This document shows positions 63,868-64,000 of a stretch of 64,000 nucleotides of DNA, piece after piece. Origin of the DNA: Octopus bimaculoides. Its lineage: Eukaryota. Location: assembly GCF_001194135.2 (NCBI RefSeq), contig NC_069005.1, positions 22,388,656 through 22,452,655 of the forward strand. The letters are read 5' to 3'. The translations under genes and the position numbers were made by a program. Position 1 is the first letter of the stretch. Every line of letters starts with the position of its first letter. The notes beneath the pieces were generated by a model. That model made no database searches. It was not told the origin of the DNA and saw nothing but the letters and a program-made list of their open reading frames with translations.

Positions 63868-64000
63868 CAGTGGTTCTCAACCATCTTTTGTCGGTGGACC
63901 CCTCCGATTCCTATTTTATTCGGGTGGATCCTAAAAGCCATTCAATGTTTAAAAAAATTCTCTTACGTTTTTATAATGAAATATCATTAACAACTGTGTT
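63868..64000 (+). mobile_element. Probable hAT (Charlie-like) element left end, truncated by the window
   Basis: Begins CAGTGGTTCTCAACC; a similar decayed end lies at 51762. Confidence 0.45.

Overview
AT-rich, microsatellite-dense eukaryotic scaffold with 12 N-gaps. The repeat families and (AT/CA/AAT)n density suggest an octopus or other coleoid cephalopod (inference). The whole window lies inside one minus-strand gene, a striatin (STRN3/Cka-like, STRIPAK scaffold and PP2A B''' subunit). I traced 13 coding exons by hand (E1-E13 in transcription order, 62329 to 2354). All have GT-AG boundaries and matching phases, totalling 1855 nt (617 codons plus stop), and they cover the acidic linker and the full C-terminal WD40 domain. 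The N-terminal coiled-coil exons lie beyond the right edge, and about 2.3 kb of putative 3' UTR fills the left edge. Introns carry at least four tRNA-derived SINE families (some with clean TSDs, some in head-to-tail arrays), mariner, RTE and Penelope-like remnants, several MITE/fold-back elements and minisatellites. The most interesting signal is a set of type I hammerhead-ribozyme-like motifs (four clear, two weak). Two of them flank a Penelope GIY-YIG endonuclease remnant on the same strand (33.6-35.1 kb), and one is sense to the striatin pre-mRNA. There are also candidate unannotated alternative exons (poison microexon, intronic terminal exon, 57-nt cassette, 3-nt microexon) and many long dsRNA-forming hairpins that are plausible ADAR substrates. 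No CRISPR array, rRNA or true tRNA gene was found. Activity, splicing and editing claims are predictions that need experimental or database checks.
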